This document shows, piece after piece, positions 59,501-64,000 of a DNA stretch of 64,000 nucleotides. Origin of the DNA: Myxococcales bacterium (GTDB taxonomy: Bacteria; Myxococcota_A; Polyangia; Polyangiales; DASUME01); assembly GCA_047601445.1 (NCBI GenBank), contig JASGJH010000001.1:4640001-4704000 (forward strand), in the 5' to 3' direction. Under the pieces are notes generated by a model that had not been told where the DNA came from, searched no databases, and saw only the letters and a program-made list of their open reading frames with translations. The position numbers were made by a program, and so were the translations under genes. Positions within the stretch are counted from its first letter, which is position 1. Each line of letters begins with the position of its first letter.

Positions 59501-60164
59501 CTGGACGCCCGAGAACGCGGTCGGCATCGGCGGCGCGTACATGTGCATCTACGGCATGGAGGGCCCCGGCGGCTACCAGTTCGTAGGGCGCACGCTTCAA
59601 GTCTACAACCGCTTCCGGGCCACGCGCGACTTCCAGCGCGACAAGCCGTGGCTGCTGCGTTTCTTCGATCAGATCCGCTTCTACCCGGTGTCGGCGGAGG
59701 AGCTGCTCGACATTCGGCGCGCGTTCCCGGCCGGACGCTTCGAGCCCGAGATCAGCGAGGAGACCTTCCGCATCGCGGACTACAACCGATTCTTGAGCGA
59801 TCAAGCCGTACAGATCGCCGCATTTCGAGCGCAGCAAAAGGCCGCGTTCGAAGGGGAGCGTCAGCGTTGGATCGAATCAGGACAAGCCAATTTCTCGGCC
59901 GCCGCGGCTGAAACCGCCGAGGCCAGCGAAGCAGATATCCCAGCGGGCAGTAAGCCGGTGACCGCACACGTCCCTGGCAGCGTTTGGAAGGTACTCGTCA
60001 AGGACGGCACGCGCGTGCAAGCAGGGCAGCCGCTCGTCGTTCTCGAGTCCATGAAAATGGAGATCACGGTGACAGCGCCCAGCACGGGCGAAATCACCAG
60101 CGTGCTGTGTGCCGAAGGCCAGAGCATCGCGGCAGGTCAGTTCTTGATCGCTATTTCGAGCTGA
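56550..60164 (+). CDS. uca: urea/guanidine carboxylase (biotin carboxylase + carboxyltransferase + BCCP)
   Basis: IANRGEIA; FLEVNTRLQVEH; HPSNIHD; TKYNPARTWT; GPGGYQ; biotin motif ESMKME. Confidence 0.95.
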   Translation: MSAPVFDKVLIANRGEIACRVVRAARALSLRSVALYSEADSQSLHVSMADECVAIGPAAAAQSYLNVDRVIAAAHATGAKAIHPGYGFLSENVSFAERCEAEGLIFVGPRPEHIRAFGLKHEARRLAAESGVPLLPGTGLLTDLESALQQAEVIGYPVMLKSTAGGGGIGMAVCQDADDLRGRYASVQRLAQGNFSHAGVFLEKFVARARHVEVQVFGDGEGRVMCLSERDCSSQRRNQKVLEEAPAPRLDDAQRAALREAALKLCTSVSYRSAGTVEFVLDADSGAFYFLEVNTRLQVEHCVTEEIFGIDLLGYMLRLALGDRSMFDAEPSALKGHSIQARLYAEDPARNFQPCSGLLTEVTFSERARIETWVETGVEVSPHYDPLIAKIIVWGETREAAVAAMAEALHDTRVQGIETNLPYLRQIVASPDFADARMITRSLAEMKAVADGIEVLEAGTQTTVQDYPGRLGYWDVGIPPSGPMDALSLRLGNRAVGNPSGTPALEITVSGPSLAFREDALIALTGAAFDAQLDGVPVPCYEPLEVKAGQVLRMGSAGAVGTRAYLCVRGGFDVPSYLGSSSTFTLGGFGGHGGRALRVGDVLRVAHHGDLAFEEPQRIPEALRPSITGSWEIGVMYGPHGAPDFFTDEDIATLFSSEYTVHHNSARTGVRLIGPKPDWARADGGEAGLHPSNIHDNAYAIGSLDFTGDMPIILGPDGPSLGGFVCPACVVESELWKLGQLRPGDRVRFVILSYADARTQKESQEHGIATLEGATHEIGAPTLTARAPDGAVISENTGGGLDVRYRQAGDRYLLVEYGPMVLDLNLRFRVHALMERLRAAAVPGVQELTPGIRSLQIHYASDRLSQRALVDILERIEADLGAVDALEVPTRILRLPLSWDDPATQLAIEKYTKTVRPDAPWAPSNIEFIRRINGLSSLDEVRRTVFDASYLVMGLGDVYLGAPVATPLDPRHRLVTTKYNPARTWTPENAVGIGGAYMCIYGMEGPGGYQFVGRTLQVYNRFRATRDFQRDKPWLLRFFDQIRFYPVSAEELLDIRRAFPAGRFEPEISEETFRIADYNRFLSDQAVQIAAFRAQQKAAFEGERQRWIESGQANFSAAAAETAEASEADIPAGSKPVTAHVPGSVWKVLVKDGTRVQAGQPLVVLESMKMEITVTAPSTGEITSVLCAEGQSIAAGQFLIAISS

Positions 60165-60281
60165 CGTTTCCGACAAGTTCCGAACCGACATCTCGAGTGC
60201 ATCCGCACTCGAACGAAGGGCGACTTACAGCCTTTTTCTGCCCCCGAACTCACGTCCTCGCTCAAGAAAGGAAAGTCCATC

Positions 60282-61730
60282 ATGCAGTCCCGTTGGCCCT
60301 CGGATTCCCCTGGTTTGTTCCGCCGTCTGCTCGTGCCAGCCCTGGCAGCGTCGCTCGTCTTGCCGACGACGATCGCCAGCGCGCAGGAACCAGCCCCTGC
60401 TCCGACGGCCGAGCCTGCACCCGCCCCCGCTCCCGTGGAGGCAGCGCCCGCCGCACCTGCACCGGAGCCTGTCGCCGCGCCCGAACCCGTGAGCGTGTCG
60501 GCGACGACGACCTTCGAAGGTCCCTCGCCGGTGCCGGTACACGGCTCGCCCACCGTCGAAGGAGAGCAGCCCGCCGAGTACAAGACCCCCGAGATCGTGG
60601 AGGAGCCCGCAGACACTGGCTCCATCACCATCGGCGGCTGGATCGAGGCGTACTACGCGCACAACTTCAACAACCCGCAGAACCACACCACGGCCAACCG
60701 CTGGGTCGACGAGAAGACCGACTCCTTCACGCTGCAAACCTTCGCGCTCGACATCAGCGCGCAGAAGGGCCCCTTCAGCGCAATGGTGACCCTGATGTTC
60801 GGTCCCACGGCCGATCGCTGGTACTTCGAGGGCTCGCAAATCCCGTCGCAAGCGCTGCCCCAGGTGCTCGACGCGAACGGCTACAGCAACGAGACCTTCA
60901 AGAACGTGATGACCGCGTACGGCGGCTACAAGGCACCCGTCGGTAAGGGCCTCTTGATCGAGGCGGGCCTCTTGCCCACGCAGGTCGGCTACGAGACCAC
61001 GCCGGTGAAGAACAACTTCAACTTCTCGCGCTCGAACCTGTTCAACTTCTTGCCGTTCTTCCACCTCGGCGCGCGCGCCACCTATCCGCTCACCGACAAC
61101 CTGACCGTCACGGCCGGCGTGTTCAATGGGTGGAATCAGCTCATCGATCGCAACATCAAGAAGAGCGTCTCGCTGCAGACCTCCTACTCGAACGACGACT
61201 GGCTGTTCAACCTGCTGTACTTCGGCGGCGCAGAGCGCAGCACTCGCCCTGGCAACTGGTGGAGCGACAAGGATCTCGAGGACGGCAGCAAGAGCGGCAT
61301 GCCCTGGCGCAACATGTTCGACGCGGTGGCGCAGTACACGGGCATCCCCAACCTGATTCTCGCGGCCGAGCTCAACGGCGGCTGGGAAGCGCAGAAGCAA
61401 GCCACCCAGAAGTGGGTCGGTGCGGGCTTGTGGGCACAGCTGAAGCTGACGGACTGGCTGTTCGTTGCTGGTCGCGGTGACGGAATCGCCGAGGGAGGCA
61501 CGGGCAACTGGGCCAACGGTCGCTTCATCACCATCGGCGACGGTCACATCGTGTCGGGTACGGGCACCCTGGAGCTGCGCCCGCTGGGCGACGGCTTCTC
61601 GTTCCGCGTCGAGTACCGCCACGACAGCACCAACAAGGACAACGAGCTCGTCGGCTTCTACAAGGGCAGGAACAACACGTTCGTGAACTCGCAGAACACG
61701 GTTAACGTCGGTGTGACCGGCTGGTTCTAG
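60282..61730 (+). CDS. outer membrane beta-barrel porin (BBP2/OmpL-like)
   Basis: Signal peptide; Pro/Ala-rich linker; VGYE......NFNFSRS; FHLGAR; RVEYRHD; C-terminal Phe. Confidence 0.82.
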   Translation: MQSRWPSDSPGLFRRLLVPALAASLVLPTTIASAQEPAPAPTAEPAPAPAPVEAAPAAPAPEPVAAPEPVSVSATTTFEGPSPVPVHGSPTVEGEQPAEYKTPEIVEEPADTGSITIGGWIEAYYAHNFNNPQNHTTANRWVDEKTDSFTLQTFALDISAQKGPFSAMVTLMFGPTADRWYFEGSQIPSQALPQVLDANGYSNETFKNVMTAYGGYKAPVGKGLLIEAGLLPTQVGYETTPVKNNFNFSRSNLFNFLPFFHLGARATYPLTDNLTVTAGVFNGWNQLIDRNIKKSVSLQTSYSNDDWLFNLLYFGGAERSTRPGNWWSDKDLEDGSKSGMPWRNMFDAVAQYTGIPNLILAAELNGGWEAQKQATQKWVGAGLWAQLKLTDWLFVAGRGDGIAEGGTGNWANGRFITIGDGHIVSGTGTLELRPLGDGFSFRVEYRHDSTNKDNELVGFYKGRNNTFVNSQNTVNVGVTGWF

Positions 61731-61737
61731 CTCCACA

Positions 61738-61992
61738 GCGGCCGGCTGCTCGAGACGGGCCGGATGGGGCTGCCCTATCCCACTCGTCGCGCTGATACGG
61801 TGCACCTCGGTCGTCCTTCATGGGGTGCTTGGGGGGCGGTTGGCCGCATGCGCGCCGGGGAACGGCGCGCGGGCTGTACTTGGGGCGGTGGGAATCTGGG
61901 GAGCGTTGTACGTCTGTTCTTCGATTGGGGCGGGGGCGCTCCAATGCGCGGCCAGGGCAACCCCATCCGGCCCGCCTCGAGCAGCCGACCGC
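61738..61992 (+). repeat. element C: 255 bp with 39-bp terminal inverted repeats (36/39 match), diverged homolog of A and B
   Basis: 61738-61776 versus 61954-61992; shared core blocks CATGGGGT..CTTGGGG..GGCCGC and TAC.TCTGTTCT.CGATT.GG.CGGGGGCG. Confidence 0.75.
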
Positions 61993-62127
61993 GCTCTCGT
62001 GTTCTCTCTGGCTCACGTGAGCATGGTGGTGCTCTGCCCGAGTGGCTTGGCGTGCTCTTCTCGGGTTAGTTGCTAAGGCGTGCTCCGACGCATCGGCCCC
62101 TTTTCGTTTTGAGCGCGTGCTTCGTAT

Positions 62128-63108
62128 TCAGCCGGTGCGTGAGAGTGGTGCGCTCGTGCCGAGGACTTCGTGCAGGAAGGTGAGCTTGTCGCGCCAGCAG
62201 CGGCGCGCGGGCTCGCGAAACACGAGCGCATGAAAGGCGTGTAGTTCGCCGGGGTAGTAGCGCAGTGCGTACTCGACCCCGAGCCGCGTCAGCGCAGGCC
62301 CAAGGCGCCGCGTATCGTCGAGCAACGGATCGCGGGTGCCCACGAAGGCGAAGCACGCGGGCAATGGCCTGAGCGGTGGCGTTCCTTGCTCGAGGATCAG
62401 CAGGGGATCGGCGAGCTCTGCGTCGCTCTGACGCCCTACGTAGCCGCGGCATACGTTGAGCACCGCGCCGCGCAGCCAGCGCGGCATCTCGCGCCTTCGC
62501 CACAGGCGCTCGGGATCGGACACCTGCAGAATCCCGCAGCCGAGCACCATGGCACGCGGCACCACACCGGTGGCGAAGACGCGGCGTGCGAAAGGCTCGG
62601 GCCGCGCGTAGCACGTGGTGACGGCGAGGGCGGCGGAGAGGTTGGCGCCTGCGGATTCGCCGGCCACCACCACCCGCGAGAGGTCGGCGCCGTACTTCGC
62701 GGCATGCTCCACCATCCACACGTAGGCGTCGCAGGCGTCTTCCAGCGCGGCGGGATAGCGATGGGTTGGGGCCAAACGGTAGCTCATGTTAAACACCACG
62801 TAGCCGGCGCGCGCGAAGATCAGCGCCATGATCCAGTGGGTTTCCTTGGACAACATGTGGAAGCCGCCGCCGTGGATGTAGAGCACCACGGGCCGCGGGC
62901 CTTGCAGGTCGCGGCGGCGGTAGATGTCGAGCCGCTGATCCAGGTGGCCTGTCGACGTGTAGGCCACGTCTCGGATCACTTCGATGCCGTGCGCTTCTGG
63001 ATCCGATCTCGGATGAAGTCGGCCCACGCGTGAGAGGCCCTCGAAGAAGCCCTCGGCCAGGCCACCCATGAGTTGGGCACGCAGCGCGCGAACGGATGGA
63101 ATTCTCAT
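62128..63108 (-). CDS. HSL-family alpha/beta hydrolase (esterase)
   Basis: HGGG; YRLAP; GESAG; DPL.DD; HAF. Confidence 0.92.
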   Translation of the reverse strand: MRIPSVRALRAQLMGGLAEGFFEGLSRVGRLHPRSDPEAHGIEVIRDVAYTSTGHLDQRLDIYRRRDLQGPRPVVLYIHGGGFHMLSKETHWIMALIFARAGYVVFNMSYRLAPTHRYPAALEDACDAYVWMVEHAAKYGADLSRVVVAGESAGANLSAALAVTTCYARPEPFARRVFATGVVPRAMVLGCGILQVSDPERLWRRREMPRWLRGAVLNVCRGYVGRQSDAELADPLLILEQGTPPLRPLPACFAFVGTRDPLLDDTRRLGPALTRLGVEYALRYYPGELHAFHALVFREPARRCWRDKLTFLHEVLGTSAPLSRTG

Positions 63109-63110
63109 AC

Positions 63111-63992
63111 TCACTCCGGCAGGGGAATGAACTCGACCGAGTCCCCGGGCACGAGCGCGAAGCGCCGCTCCTTCCAGTCTGCCTTGGCCTGCTCGATGCG
63201 CTCGGGACGACTCGAGACGAAGTTCCAGAACAGGTGACGTTCGCCATCGAGCGGGGCGCCCCCCACGATCACGAAGCGCGCCCCCTTCGCGCTCTCCACC
63301 TTGGCCTCGGTATCCGCGCGATAGACCCACATCTCGCCCTCCGCCACCGGCTCTCCCTGCGTGAGCACCTGTCCCTCGACCACGTAGATGGCGCGCTCCT
63401 CACACGCGGGCAGCGTGAGGCTGGCGGAGGGCTCCAGCTCGACGGCCACGTAGAGCGTCTCCATCGGTAGCTGTACCGGCGAGCTCAAGCCGTAGGCGCT
63501 CCCGAGGATCACGCTGATCTTGGCTCCCTGCTGGGAGCGGCTGGGGATCGAGTCCGCCGCGTAGTGGCGGAAGCTCGGTGCGTCTTCTTCGCGGGCGCTG
63601 GGCAGCCCCAACCAGAGCTGGATGCCGTGCAGCGCTTGGCCCTCCGCTTTGACCTCGGACGTGGTGCGCTCCGAATGCACGATGCCGCTGCCTGCGATCA
63701 TGAGGTTCACGGCGCCAGGACGAATAGCCTGCTCGTAACCCAGGCTGTCGCGGTGCAGGATCTCGCCCTCGAACAAGTAGGTCACCGTGGCCAAGTTGAT
63801 GTGGGGATGGGGACGCACGTCGATGGCGTGACCAGGTTCGAAGCGCGTCGGCCCCATGTGATCGAGGAACACGAAGGGTCCCACGCGCCGGTGTCGCGGC
63901 GAGGGCAGGATGCGGCGCACCGTGAAGCCGCCGAGATCGCGCGCACGGGCCTGGATGAAGGCCAGCGGCCCGCTCGATTCATTGTTCGCCAT
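63111..63992 (-). CDS. pirin family protein
   Basis: GPFVFLDHMG; PHPH; HRDSLG; GIVHSE; WNFVSS. Confidence 0.95.
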   Translation of the reverse strand: MANNESSGPLAFIQARARDLGGFTVRRILPSPRHRRVGPFVFLDHMGPTRFEPGHAIDVRPHPHINLATVTYLFEGEILHRDSLGYEQAIRPGAVNLMIAGSGIVHSERTTSEVKAEGQALHGIQLWLGLPSAREEDAPSFRHYAADSIPSRSQQGAKISVILGSAYGLSSPVQLPMETLYVAVELEPSASLTLPACEERAIYVVEGQVLTQGEPVAEGEMWVYRADTEAKVESAKGARFVIVGGAPLDGERHLFWNFVSSRPERIEQAKADWKERRFALVPGDSVEFIPLPE

Positions 63993-64000
63993 CCTGCGAT

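Noticed and set aside
57819..59837. Long antisense or alternate-frame ORFs (also 21223-23022, 10536-12248, 31870-33270, 60225-61805)
   Set aside because: Shadow ORFs expected in high-GC DNA opposite or overlapping well-supported genes.
60165..60281. Riboswitch or terminator between the carboxylase and the porin
   Set aside because: The hairpin TCGAGTGC-ATCC-GCACTCGA (60193-60212) lacks an adjacent U tract and any known aptamer motif.

Overview
High-GC bacterial chromosomal window, most likely Myxococcota (Polyangiales-like). The basis is three MYXO-CTERM-type C-termini, many Cys-rich and Gly-Asp-repeat lipoproteins, and an SCE4755-like protein. It holds about 55 CDS, five tRNAs (all four Ser isoacceptors plus Arg-ACG next to tadA) and the SRP RNA (ffs). 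Recognisable modules: oxyR (1-bp frameshift), a type III PKS, a GT4/glycogen-debranching stress cluster, MacAB-TolC, an acyltransferase/GT2 trio, a heme c-fused copper monooxygenase, kptA, a purine-type BMP ABC importer, and a guanidine carboxylase operon (ABC transporter, two DUF1989 genes, carboxylase, porin). The three most unusual signals: (1) three copies of a ~245-bp intergenic element with a conserved core but different 37-39-bp terminal inverted repeats (37822-38062, 38259-38504, 61738-61992); (2) an AmtR-like TetR beside the guanidine operon, with TTTCGA-N7-TTGAAA occurring twice and no recognisable guanidine riboswitch; (3) a candidate rod-shaped sRNA divergent from oxyR. No CRISPR array, integrase or transposase was seen. 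All product calls come from motif recognition, not database searches.
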